From Octopus bimaculoides (taxonomy: Eukaryota): a stretch of DNA of 64,000 bases. A program made the translations under genes and the position numbers. The stretch's first letter is position 1. Every line of letters starts with the position of its first letter. The DNA is taken from NCBI RefSeq assembly GCF_001194135.2, contig NC_068982.1, positions 41,370,717 to 41,434,716 of the forward strand. Reading direction: 5' to 3'. Under the pieces are notes generated by a model, which saw only the letters and a list, made by a program, of their open reading frames with translations, did not search any database and was not told the DNA's origin. Below, in pieces: positions 36,863 through 50,047 of this stretch.

Positions 36863-37395
36863 TTTAATTTATGTATATATTAATATTATCTCAGTTGAAA
36901 AAACTTTGATAATGAAAATATGTTAATAGTTACCAGGGTAGCAAAAATTACACGAAAACTGGGATATCATACCCGGTTAATAGGTAGAAATACCAAATTA
37001 AAGTGATGTATTTTTAGTAGATATGAAGAATAATTATAAATGGAGCAAAATGCATATAATCAACAAGTTCCTTTAATTCCTGCATATGTTTCAAACTTTA
37101 TGTGCACTCTACTCCAAAGAAGTAAGAGGTGCTGGAATTGCACATAAATTCATCGTCAGGGAACCAACATACCAAAGCAAGACGTGCATTAAGTGCTAAG
37201 GTTGTGTACGAGTTATAACATTATATAGCTAAGTAAATAACCGTTAGAAACAAGAACGCTGGTTGACAGGGAGCTATTAAGGGAGAGAGGCTATGAACGC
37301 TATACTAAAAGTTTAAATTAGAGGAAGGCATAATGGGCCGCAGTAAAATCCAGAAATCTAAAGTTCAAAAAGAAAACCAGGAAACTAAAAACTAG
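36863..37395 (-). mobile_element. Probable Penelope-like element terminal fragment carrying the hammerhead motif
   Basis: ~530-bp non-SINE block bounded on both sides by (TA)n and containing the CTGANGA...GAAAC motif. The PLE assignment is inferred from the known PLE-hammerhead association. Confidence 0.45.
37075..37165 (-). ncRNA. Type I hammerhead ribozyme-like motif (Penelope-like element type), one core mismatch
   Basis: Minus strand reads ggttcc-CTGACGA-tg-aatttatgtgca[...]tgcacataaagttt-GAAAC-ATATG-C-A-ggaatt. Stem I is ggttcc/ggaatt, stem II has a 10-bp perfect core, stem III is the palindrome CATATG. U16.1 appears as C. Confidence 0.65.
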
Positions 37396-38599
37396 TATAT
37401 ATATGTGTGTGTGAATGCCTACAGGCATTGGCGATCATAGTCTTTGTGAAAGTCTGAAGAGTTATGATTTTTCTTGGGAAATATGCAGCAGTGGATTTCT
37501 GTTGCCTTCTGCCAGTTTATTTACAGTTTACTTGAGTTAACCTTTGTGTGTTACAGGATCTGTAACTTTAGGCACAACTGGTTCATATAAACATCAGAAC
37601 ATGTTCACACACACCAGTGCCCTCTGAGTCTTATATGTTCAAGCCAAAATACTATTTTCTGCAATTTGACCCATAACTGGGGCCCTTTGATAAGTACTAT
37701 CACCTCAAGTCAGAACTGACCCAGAAGCAGTGATAACTAAGGGGTAATTCCATGCTTCCCCCAAACTCTTTAACCTCTGAACTGGATAGAGGTTCACAAC
37801 TACATACAGTTCAGCTCTTTTTGAAACCAGCCCTCCTGAAACTACTGCTGGTTCTATGAAACAAATTCCAGTTTTAAAATGATCTAAATTAAACCATACA
37901 TAAAATATTTCATGTTAACTTTTGTACCAGATATCAGGTTAATAATGACTAAGTTATTTTATTAAATGTGTCATTTTCAAAATTAATTACAAAAAATGCA
38001 GTGAATTTCATCAGAAATATGGTAACAAAAGGATTAATATCTTAGCCTGAAAAATAAATATATATATATTATATACAAGGGGGTGCTGAAAAGTTCTTGG
38101 CTTTGGGTAAAAGAAAATACAGGAGGATCAGTTAATTATGGTTTTATTCAGCATACCCCCCTCTCAGATTCACACACTTATTGCAGAAGTCCTTCATTTT
38201 TTTTTAAGCCCTCTAAAAGAATTCAGAAGGTTGGGCCTCCAACCAGGCCCTTTGCAATACCCTTAAAGCCAGGAACTTTTCAGCACTCCATTGTATGTCC
38301 ATCTTTTCGATGGTGGCATGTGTCAGATGAAATTTATTGAGACAGTATTCAATAACCTTCTAGATACCATCCTTCACTTGTTCTCATCTCTTTACAACAT
38401 CAAATTGTTGAACTGCTAGATTTTCTGTTTATACATGACAAAGATAACACTACTACCCAAGCAGTACCAACATGAAACATGCAGAAACAAATACACAACT
38501 ACATAGAATATATATAACAGATTGAAATGACAAAGGAATAAATGATTATCTTATGAATGTCATTAGCTTACGGCTGTATCTGCTATAAAATGCAGTGGA

Positions 38600-38660
<61 letters not shown>

Positions 38661-41509
38661 GGCTTCGGTACAGTTTCCATCTACCAAATTTTATTCACAA
38701 GTAGGTCAAATCAAGCTGAGGTTTTAGTATAGAACATTTTCCAAAAATCTGCGATGCAAATTTCCTAACTATTATTTTTTAACATTCAAGCAGCTTTAAA
38801 AATTTAACAGGCTGTATGGAAACAGACAGGCTATCTTTAAGAGACGAGAAAAATGAATGTAGACAAATTAGCTTGTGAATTCTAGTAATATTTCGTAGTG
38901 AAGGAATCAGTTGAATCAACCTCATTATAATACTGGTACATGTTTCATTAATCATTGGTTAAGTGCTCTTACCCAATAAATCATTGGGTAAGGGCAGTGT
39001 TTAAGAAATCAGCTTCCCAACTACATGATTTTGGGTAGAGTCCTGCTGCATGGCACCTTGGACAAGTGCCTTTTATTATAGCTCCAGAGCAACCAAACTT
39101 GAGTGAATTTGGTAGACAGAAACTGAAAAAGCCTGTTGCACATGTATGTATGTGTATGTTTCTATGCCTTCCAACATATACACACTGTAACAGACTTTAA
39201 AAAAAACAAACTTTCACTTTGAATAGAAGGGGAGGACAAAATGGGAGCAATGGGCAACAACCTAGTATATAAAAAAGAGACACATTTATGTAATTTAATA
39301 GCTTGATCTTGAGAACTATTTAAAAACCAATCAACAAAGATTAATTGTATCTTGTAAACAGATTTGTGCCTCAGTTTCTTCTGTAGTTATTTCACTTTGT
39401 TTTAAGTTTAACTTTTAAGAGATTGGCATAATGTATTGCATGTGTGTGTGTGTGTGCGTGTATTATCATTTAATGCCCACTTTTCCATGCTTGTATGGGT
39501 CAGAGGGAATTTGTCACCAAGCTAGGTAATATTTTCCCATGATCAGATAGGTTTTTTTTTTATAGAAAAGACTGGAAACAAACAACCTTACTTGTATGAG
39601 GCTGATGCTCATTTCCAATTATCACACAATGTCTAGACAATGGTACAGACACACATCACATACCTACACATCTACACATACATACAGGACTGGTTTCTTT
39701 CAGTTTCCATCTGCCAATTTCACTCACAAGGCTTTGGTTGGCTTGAGGGTTATAACAGAAGATACTTGTCCAAGATGTTGCAGAGTTGGACTGAACCCAA
39801 GACCACATGGTTGGGAAGCAAGTTTCTTAACCACACAACTATGCCTGATAAAGGATGAGATGTTCATAGTTGGAATACTTTCCATCAAACACCTTTTCTG
39901 TCAAGAAAAAACAGAAAACAAGAAAAATAAAACAAACAACTTTGGTCCCTCAATTTATTATGCTATGGTACAAGACTGTGCTTACAAATGTGGTATAATA
40001 CTGTGTTGATGCAATGGGAAATAACATAGAAACATTACAAAAGAATTTGTAACAATCAACAATTCATTTACACAGTGAGACATGAATGAATATTGCACAT
40101 ATTTATGGAGTGAATGATATAATTACATGATATAATCAAAGAAATTGACTAGAGAATGTAAAGCATTACTCTAGGGAAAGTAACTAACTGTAAATTAATG
40201 CAAGCAAACATATTCAATAACAATTCTTTCTACTATAGGCACAAAGCCAGAAATTTTGGTGAAGTGGGTTAGTTGATTATATCGAGCCCAGTGCTCAACT
40301 GGTGCTTATTATTTTACCAAGCCTGAAAGGAGGAAAGACAAAAGTTGACCTCAGTGGCATTTGAACTCAGAACCTAAAGCCAGAAGAAATGCTGCTAAGT
40401 ATTTTGTCTGGCATGCTAATGATTTTGCCAGGTTGCCACCTTCTATATCATAATATTCAATAACATAATAAAGCAGAAAAACAAAATGAAGAGCAGAGGA
40501 AATGTATTTAATCTCAATTCATAACCATGGTTTCTTTAATTATATTTAATTAGAAGAGAAACCAATTCAAAATTTCCCTCAATTTACATTACTAATATCC
40601 TTTAAGAGAGTAATTAAGGATTTTAAAAATTTATCATGTTTCATGTTTATATACATGAAGACTGTGAAATTGTAAGTAGAAAAAAGAATTAGACACTTGA
40701 TAAATAAAAATGAAATAATGAAGAACATAGGAAGGATGCTACATATTTGGGAAGTTTTGTTGCAAGATAAAATGCAACAAGAACAATGAACAGATATTCG
40801 TTTGTTTCATATACATACAGTCACATAGCTTATCAGTCCTGGCACCATCTTAATGTAAGAGATTTTGTAAGAATCTGTCTAAAATGGGAGACAGTTTTTA
40901 TTGAAATAGTTCATAGAAAGATGAAATAATCTCTTTGAAAGGAACAAGATGACTGGGTGCAGCCATTTGAACGCTGATGATCTGGCCTGGCTTGGCCCGG
41001 CTGACTGGACAGTCAGCCTGTTTTGGTGACAGTACTTTTTGGCAATGGAGGCAAACACATGCACATGCATAAATAAATAGATAGATAGAGAGAGAGAGAA
41101 AGAGAAAGAGAGAGAAACATTAAAACATCAAATCAGCTACGCCAAAATGTCTTATACTCGGATTTGAATAATTATTCAAATAAAGGCTTTAATATTTTCT
41201 TTTGTTAGTATAGATGAAAACACAGATTTATATCAAAGGGTAGATATTAAAAATTTTCAGGGCAATCATTAAAGAATATTTACCCTATAGCTGTACTTAG
41301 ATTTGGAACTGAAATTCTAACACACCAAGTCTCATGGAATGAACAGGTAAAATAGCTAACTCTTTGCACACAAATACATGACAAAGAAGAAAGCATATTC
41401 AAATTTCAGCAACTAACTACAATATTTGACGACTTACAAGGTGTACAAGTTTATACAGTGCACCTTGATTTTTGACAGTATGACATGCCAATAACCCAGA
41501 CTCTGACCA

Positions 41510-41690
41510 TCATCATCATCATCATCGTTTAACGTCCGCTTTCCATGCTAGCATGGGTTGGACGATTTGACTGAGGACTGGGGAAACCGGATGGCAACAC
41601 CAGGCTCCAATCTAATTTGGCAGAGTTTCTACAGCTGGATGCCCTTCCTAACGCCAACCAACCCCGGTCGACTTTCTGGGACCCTTGTGT
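41510..41690 (-). mobile_element. Representative of the very abundant (GAT)n-tailed interspersed repeat (family D)
   Basis: (cat)n-cgtttaacgtccgctttccatgctagcatgggttggacg...gctggatgcccttcctaacgccaacc. Related copies near 930, 10640, 11605, 16985, 22495, 23090, 29050, 30670, 34130, 36560, 39460, 43135, 44370 and 59810. Confidence 0.8.
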
Positions 41691-42130
41691 GTGTGTGTGG
41701 AGGAAGAGTTCTCCACTGTATAGTCTGTCAAATAAGATATCTTTGAATATAACCTGTTGTTTCTTAATGTATAATTTTTTGGATATTTGGTTTACAGGAG
41801 TCCAGCTCACATCTGTAAACATTTTACACTCTCCAACAAGAGCTCTTCACATTTTGTTTCTATAATTATAGTGCTATCTGTAGTACAGAACATTCCCAAT
41901 GGTTTTAACCATTCATCTGAAGAACCAAAATCTCATGAAAGAAAAGGGAAGTGACAGCAAAAACATGAACACTGAAGTCTGTGAGGGATTATTAATGACA
42001 AACAAAAACAAAAAAAAAATGTTGTTTAATAGAAATGGAGAAAATGAACTGATATTGTATGTTATATGATACATTTAAAATGGAGATATATGATTTATGT
42101 AAAACAGTTTTAGATTCAAATTTACATAAA

Positions 42131-42170
<40 letters not shown>

Positions 42171-42651
42171 AGTTTACAAATCACATTTTTATATTCAGTT
42201 TTGGATGTCATTTTGCATCGCAGTAGTGTAAATTGCATGCACATACCCACATACACTCATATGTATCACTTAAATAAATTTGAGTCAACAGGAGAGAATG
42301 GGAGAATGGGGATCTGATAGTAAGGTCGAATATACTGATGAAAGATGGGAAAGAGAAGCAATGGATTGCAGACATTTATACATATATATGTAAAAAAAAA
42401 ATAAAAAAAAAGAAAAAAAAGAAATTATATCACACAATGCAAATTAAGATATTGTTCGAATAGAAAGAAAAGGCTGTGGAAATGTGGAAGAAGGCAAACT
42501 GTCATTAGACATTTCAGCTAACAGCAATTGCAGAATCAGCCAGGAGAAATAAGTGGTGGTGTTGTCATGTTTGTGATTTGAGCAAGGTAGAAGAAAACTA
42601 CCTCATTTCATAAGGTACAGTACATCGATTATTTTAGGTGAAAGTAAATGT

Positions 42652-42720
42652 TCAGACACAGCTCTCAGTCACTGGTGTATTGCAAATACCCATTGGTCGA
42701 CGGGGAAGTTTGCAAGCAGT
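42652..42720 (-). CDS. ARHGAP19: ARHGAP19-like, terminal coding exon
   Basis: Strong acceptor ctcttcatttctcttgatAG, phase 0, TACKLPRRPMGICNTPVTESCV then TGA. The 12 exons sum to 1857 nt, i.e. 618 aa plus stop. Confidence 0.7.
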   Translation of the reverse strand, partial: TACKLPRRPMGICNTPVTESCV

Positions 42721-43775
42721 CTATCAAGAGAAATGAAGAGATAGATAACAGCCAAACATTTTATTTTGTATAAAAAATTGTTTCTATAGAAATTTATGAA
42801 TAAAAGAAAATATTGAAAGAAAAAGTAACAAAGTTAATATTTTTATTTATCAAGAAAAAAAAAGCAATGTAATACATAATTATCATAAATGTTCATAGTG
42901 CAAAAAGTTAACTTGATACATAAAGACAATTACTTTTGAACTTGTGTATGAAGATGATCTGGTGCTCATTTAATAAATATATACTATTTTGCTTGAGTCA
43001 GTCTCTTGCTATTCTGAATTTCATCATTGGGTGCACAGTCTTCAGGCATAACTTGACCAAAATAAAATGTATTATCAATCTCTATTATAGTATTCTTTTT
43101 TAACCAACAGTCAACACCAAATGGATACATACATATATCATCATCATTTAATGTCTTGTCCATGCTGGCATGGGTCGGACGGTTTGACCAGGGCTGGTAA
43201 GCTGAAGGACTGTACCAGATTCCAATCTGATTTGGCATGGTTTCTATGGCTGGATGCTCTTCCTAATGCCAACAGACTCCGAGAGTGTAATGAGTGCTTT
43301 TGCGTGCCACTGGTATATGCCATGATTATGATTTCACTTGGCTTGATGGGTCTTCTTAAGCACAGCATATTGCCAAATCATTTGTCATTACCTCTGTGCG
43401 GTCCAATACTCGTAAAGTGCTTTTCAAGTGCCAGTTATGCAACACCAACAGTGGCTACAACTATAATTTCACTTGCCTTGATGGCATATCACCAATGGTC
43501 TTGATTACTAGTTATTGCCTCTGTGGTTCACACATGAACAAAGTTGTAACTTAAGGTCTAAAATCTAAGCACTTGACAAATAGCAATAAAATAATTTTCC
43601 CTGCATCTATTTTAGCATTCAGAGAACAGAAAAAATTGTTTAAGATGTTATGAACTGATTAAAATGACTAGCAATTGAACTGTATGGAAATTTTTACTAT
43701 CTTTGCAGAGCATTTACAATTTTTACTGACTATAACCCTCTTATATTACATTTCTTAATATTAACTAGTGTTTAA

Positions 43776-43996
43776 ACCATTAGTGATTAAACTGGCTATA
43801 CCCAACTCAAATATTCTTCTTGTTTTATGTTCAAACCAGCCAGATCCAATCTCTCACACCTATCCTACAATATCATTCTAAAAAGTAAACAACCACATTA
43901 TTGAAATCTCAAAGCTACAAGATAATGTATGATTAATTCAAAACAATGTGAATAAATAAGAATTACACTCGACAAAGTAACATGAATACTAAGGGG
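43776..43996. mobile_element. piggyBac-type MITE (family 1)
   Basis: TTAA on both sides; body ccagatccaatctctcacacctatcctacaat... is shared with the other copies. Confidence 0.65.
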
Positions 43997-44808
43997 TTAA
44001 GATTTTGACGTGATATTTAACATATATCCTAACAGTGGACTCAGTCTTATAATTTTTGCTAATAATTAAAAGACAAAAAAAAAAAACACTATGTTGTTAA
44101 CTGGGAACACCAAGTATCAAATTCAAAGAATAAGATTAACCATAATGACTTAAGACTCATGGTTAATCTATGTGAAAACAAGAGATGATCTGAAGGAGAT
44201 GTACAATAAATTTGGCCAACTTGTTTCTAATATTGTATTTTGACTATTTAATCTTATTTTATCACTCTGAAATTATGTTTAAGTGAAGAAATAGAAGATG
44301 ACAATGTAATGACCTGTAAAGGACCTGGTGTTATATTGACTCAGTTGTTGCAGCACTTTACAAGTTCACCACCATCATCACTTAGCATTCACTTTTCCAT
44401 ACTGGGCCAAATGGAATTTGTTGAGGTAGAATTTCTACACTTGGATGCCCTATTAGTAATCAACCATCATTGTTTCCAAGCAAGGTAATATTTCCCCATG
44501 ACCAGATATGTTTTTCATGGAAGATTGGAAATGAACACCACCACTCGTATGATGGTGATGCTCATTTACAACCACCATGTGATGTCAAAGCAAGGGTGTA
44601 CACAAACACACACGTATATGACAGACTTCTTTTCAGTTCCTGTTGACCAAATCCATTCAGAAAGCTTTGGTTGGCCTGGGGCAATAGTAGAAGACACTTG
44701 CATAAGGTGTGCAATGGCACTGAACCCAAGACCATGAGTTTGGGAAGCAAGCTTCTCAAAAGCAACACAGCCACGACCCAAGTAGAAAAAAAAAAAGCCC
44801 TAACTTAC

Positions 44809-45066
44809 TCTGTAGTGGTTTTTTCGAAATGATGTCATAGGAGTGTAAAAAGCAAGCTCTTCTATTCCACACTGTGGTGTCGATGATTTTGTTCTTAACT
44901 TTTTGATATCATTAGCCAAGTAGCTAATCTCATTCTCAATGGATGGAACTGTTTCTGTGATTTTATCTTTATTTTCTTCAGATTCATCACTCTTCCGCTT
45001 CCTAGTATTCTTCACAGTGACCGATGATTCATGGAGGTCTACCACATGAACAAGTGGACTCCCAGT
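44809..45066 (-). CDS. ARHGAP19: ARHGAP19-like, exon 11
   Basis: 258 bp, phase 0-0, ttttcctcttAG/GTaagt, TGSPLVHVVDLHESSVTVKNTRKRKSDESEE...TPMTSFRKNHYR. Confidence 0.75.
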
Positions 45067-45533
45067 CTAAGAGGAAAACAAAGATGACAAACAAGAGTTT
45101 TGAGATTACAAGACTTCACATAATAATTTTAAACTAATCAATACAAAGAAAATATAGATGCTTATAATTCGTGTTTGGAAAAATTTTATTGATATATTGC
45201 TGAAGTAATAATTTCTGTGACAATTATGACTTGCACAAACGTATTGTAAGTGTAAATAAATAAAATATTGTCAACATCATAAGAATCTGTAAACTTTTGA
45301 GAAAATGTGAAATAAACCTCCCCCCACTTTTTTGGAACAGTGGATCTCAAATTTGAAGACTGTTTTGACTGTCTTTCCAAGGCCTTACTACTGGACGCAG
45401 TTTAAAGCCATATACAGGACAAAGATTATATATAGTTATTCTTAGTAGCATAACTAATTTACCTGCATTGCTAGTGATATGATAGTTTATATATAGCTAT
45501 CATATAATTAGTAATGCACAGAAATTATACTAC

Positions 45534-45567
<34 letters not shown>

Positions 45568-45875
45568 CAGTTTTAACACTGCTGCAATCAATTTATGCTT
45601 TTCATCCTTCTGTTGGTATAGATTAAACATCAACTAAGTACTGAGCTGATCCTTCTCCACAACTTTCAAAATCAGTAACACTGAACTATGAGAAGGTAGA
45701 GAAAGAGGTGGTGGAGGCTTACACAGCATCCCTTTCTCCAGAAATGAAGAAGGAATTAACGGCCTCTTCTCACAGAAAAAATTGATAGATGTGCAACACA
45801 GTTGTGCAATACATTACAGAATTAAAAGGAAAAGTCAACATTAACAGATCTAAGGTACTTCTACAGAGTACTCAC

Positions 45876-46007
45876 CTCACTGTGTAAGACAGTGTCAAAA
45901 TCAAGCTTCTTTTTCAGTAGAGAGCTTGGTGGTTCAGGAATTAATGTGTCATCCAGTGTTTGACAAGAAGATTCTGTTGTATTCTTTGTACTGTAGTCAG
46001 TAAACGT
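45876..46007 (-). CDS. ARHGAP19: ARHGAP19-like, exon 10
   Basis: 132 bp, phase 0-0, ttgtAG/GTgagt, TFTDYSTKNTTESSCQTLDDTLIPEPPSSLLKKKLDFDTVLHSE. Confidence 0.7.
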
Positions 46008-46257
46008 CTACAATTTATAGAGATAAATTAAATAAGAAATGAACATTATTCAAGCTTGAAGATACAAAATGTAATTAGATTAATTTCTTTCAAAATTCAA
46101 AAAAAAATATATATATATATATATATAGTGTACAGCATGCTCGTTTTTAAATTGTGTGTGTGTGTATGCACATGTGAATGTGTCCTGATGTTGAAATTCT
46201 GCCTCAACAAATTCCATCCGACCCATGAAAGGAGGGTAAATTGGATGGTATAATGAT

Positions 46258-46297
<40 letters not shown>

Positions 46298-46378
46298 AGT
46301 ATAAAACTTTTAAAGCATAAAGAAAATCAATTAAAAAAAAAGCCAAAATACTGCATTACTTAAATAAAATGAGCTTAC

Positions 46379-46564
46379 TGGCTTGTAAGTTGAATTCAAG
46401 CAACATGAGGCCACCTCTTCACGTCTTAAATTATTAACAACTGAACTCCATGCAAAAGGGGTGGTCTCTTTATTTTTCCCTTTGTTATACTTGAAAACTG
46501 AGTTGGAGCCATAGAAATAGGATTCCCCATCTCTCTGTCTGTTTCTCATTCGAGGCAAATGTCT
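46379..46564 (-). CDS. ARHGAP19: ARHGAP19-like, exon 9
   Basis: 186 bp, phase 0-0, ttttatAG/GTaagc, open frame RHLPRMRNRQRDGESYFYG...STYKP. Confidence 0.7.
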
Positions 46565-47644
46565 CTATAAAATGCAACAAATTGAAGAGTAATTCAAATA
46601 ACATAGCTTAGAAAAACTGCTGTCTATCAAAGAAGATTGTAATCAATCAATACATAGATCTAGCTGGAAGTATCTTCTATGTCTGAGACATGCTAATTAA
46701 TTAACCAGGAAACTGTAGAAACAATTTGGTAATTCTAGTTGTATTGGTTAATAAAATTAACTAGATCTTCGCAACAATTCTAGGTAATTTTCTTTTAATA
46801 TAGAACTCCCATCCTCTATATCTTCTCTCCAATCACTTGAAAACAAATTAAACTAAATATGAATCAGAAACACAATTCCCACTTAAAAAACAATTAAGTA
46901 ATGTAGTTTTCATATATTAAATATTGGGACTGATAAAGATAGGGGCTGGTAGAATTTTTATCCTGCCAGACAAAATGATTAGCAGCATTTTTTCCCGCTT
47001 TACGTTCTAAATTCAAATTCTGCCAAGGCTGATTTGTGTTTACATCCTTTTGGGCTTGATAAAATAAGTACCTGTTGATATAAACAACTTGCCCACTCCT
47101 GCAAAATTTCAGGACTTGTGCCTACCATACAAAGTTAACAAGAAATAAATATGCACAGAGAAGAAAATAAACAATCTAAATGAATGAATAAACAAAAAAA
47201 TATTTTGCTCTTACTCAGATGTCCCTAGTAAAGCATAGTTTCTCAAACTTTTGAGTATAGATGAATAAATCCTTAATATATAAGATTTAAAAAAAATTTA
47301 TACACTGTGATTCCTCACTACTCTGACAATTATGGGAAGGTTATGCTTTGCTGAATAAAACTGAAATACATTTTGAGTTGTGTCTGTACTTGCCCAAATG
47401 TAAAAAAAAACCCTAAAATTTGTCATCAACTATTCCTTGCTCCCATCAAATTTTTATCTTCTCAGTGAATGACTTACTCGAATTAAGATATATAATAAAT
47501 GAAATAATAATGATGATTCAAGGTTTATATGGTTGCAAGAACGACAATTCAGTCTTGACACTCATCAACATTAATAATCAAAACAACAGACAAAACACTA
47601 TGAATGTAAAACAAAGCCGAGTTTCAGAAAAGTATTGTACGTAC

Positions 47645-47791
47645 CATGATGCTTTCACCTAAACCAAAAGTCCGACTCCGGGTTTGACGCCCTGTTGACC
47701 TGATTGATTGACTGACCCGTTGATAGATACTGAGATTCTCTTTGCTTGAGCGAGAAACTGAATCTAAATTTGTATGGTTAGCTTTGGCGAA
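47645..47791 (-). CDS. ARHGAP19: ARHGAP19-like, exon 8
   Basis: 147 bp, phase 0-0. FAKANHTNLDSVSRSSKENLSIYQRVSQSIRSTGRQTRSRTFGLGESIM; RSRTFG parallels the vertebrate RSRSFSG. Confidence 0.8.
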
Positions 47792-48414
47792 CTTCAAAAG
47801 AATAGGGAAAAGACAGAGATAAATTCACTAAATCACAAGGTGAGAAAGAGTGAATAGAAATTAATAATTGATTAACTGTTATTGATGTACAAGAAAAAAA
47901 AACAAAAAAAAATGTTATGAAGTAATGGAGTACAAAGATTTACAACACCAGTCAAGAAATAGAAAACATTGCACATTTTAGTTGCAAAGTGCTAAAATAC
48001 AATATTTTGCAGAACAGGGACAATTGAAAACAGAAACTATAAATAATGAAATGGAAAAAAGAGCAGATCAATGAAAGAATTATGAAGCAAGAGAAGATAA
48101 GCAAATTATATGGCAAGGTAAGTGGAATCTAAACCAATAAAACAACACAAAATGGCAAGTGAAGAAAGGATATTAAAAGTTAAAATAGAAAGAAAAAAGA
48201 AAAAAAAGAAGCTAACATTGCAGTGAGGTGCAGAGTTAGAATAAGCCTATGCAGAAGCTCAAGTTTTAAGAATGTCTTAGAAATATGTCCTTGATGAATA
48301 TTAGAAGAATGCTGTATAGCAGTTTGAAACAGGTACTAAATGCAGAAGATTTTGCAGTTGTAGAAGCTGGAAAAGAATAGGACATGAACTATTGGATATG
48401 TAACTTTAACTTGC

Positions 48415-48458
<44 letters not shown>

Positions 48459-49894
48459 ACATTAAATGCATTTCGTTAATGTGTGTAAGAAGCATCTGTA
48501 ATGATAAGATGCAGTAAGAAGTGGTATAGGAAATCAAAGGAAGGCATAGAATGAAGTGGTGAGATCTGGTCTGAGGATGTTGGGTTCCACACAGATGATG
48601 CAGGATTATGAAAAATGATGATATGCCATGCTGCAGATCCGTCTAACAGATATAAACATTTTCTTTTCAAACAGCTAACGGTCCATTCACCAATGTATTT
48701 TCTCCATCCACTATTCAGGTGAAGGTTGTTGGGGTAGAGTCCCAAGGTACTTTCTCCATAGGGCCCTATCAAAAGCAACTCTCATTAGACTTTCTGGCTG
48801 AATTTCCAAGGATGGCCAACAGACTATGGATATTATCCAACCATTTCATTCCTGGTTGACCCCTTGGTTTCCTGCCAGGTGGTTTGGCTTGAAGAACCTG
48901 TCTTGCTTGCTCACAGCCAACGGTAATGATTAAAGCATTCAAATAATGCTTGTTTATTTTTCCATATATTTATGGCTTATTTTTCTCATTTATTCTGTCA
49001 GCACAAGCTATTTGGAATCCAATTCAACTATTTCATTCTGTATTCCACCACACAACAAAGGTCAACACAGTCTGGCTTTAATTATTTTATGGTGTATGGA
49101 TGACAGAAACTTTGAGCTTCAGACAAAACACTGTGGCATTTGGGGATGCTCTTTTATGTTCTGAATTCATATCCTGCCCAAGTCAATAAGATAAAAAACC
49201 AGTCAATGTAATCAACTAGAAGGCAGTAACCCAGCATAACCAAAGTCCAAAGACTGATATCAGTAAAAAGATCAACATGTGATAAAACCTTCCTCTCCAG
49301 TGAATTACTTTCAAATAAAATGAAAGCATGCAGCAATCCCAAGAAAACTATTGAAGTAGAAACAAGTTGTAGGATTGTTGTAAATACTGGGTCAACTCAA
49401 AGACCACATCATATTTCAATGGGAATAAAAAGAGTATCAGAAACAAATCTAGAAAGTTATTGAATAAAAGTGAAGTATATTAATAACACTAAATTTGCTA
49501 CATTAAAGGATTATTGTTAGAATACATTTATAAACAAAATTACAACACTAAAGTTTCTACAGATATTTACTACACATGCTTGAAGAAGCCACTAAAACCT
49601 AATTAAGCAGGCTTAATGCAGTAAATAACCATAAATCAAGTTTTAAAATTTAGAAGATATTTCAAGAAATGAAATCATTCACAGCCTACAAATTAAGAAG
49701 CAAAACTAATGCATAATGCTAGAATTTACTTCCTAAATTCATTATCACGTTTACGAAGGCATTCAAGACCAACAGTCAGAAATGTTAGGTAAGAAAAAAA
49801 AAAATTAAAAGTGGAGCAGGCAAGAGGGAACACAAAGTAATTTTTTTTTTATGAATTACATCATCTTCCTCAGAATCAAAGGCAACTAAAGTAC

Positions 49895-50047
49895 CTGCTT
49901 TAACAACTTCCTTTTCTTGGCAGTGTTCGGCATTGATTGAATGTGGTTGTATAGTTTTGCCATCTCAGTCTGCGTTACATCTTCACTGCCTAAATTGCGG
50001 TCAGCAAAATTCACACAAGTGTTCACTGCATCATCACTTGTTGCCTT
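49895..50047 (-). CDS. ARHGAP19: ARHGAP19-like, exon 7
   Basis: 153 bp, phase 0-0. ...VTQTEMAKLYNHIQSMPNTAKKRKLLKQ matches the ARHGAP19-specific motif (as recalled, TEEALRELFQHVHDMPESAKKKQLIRQ). Confidence 0.9.
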
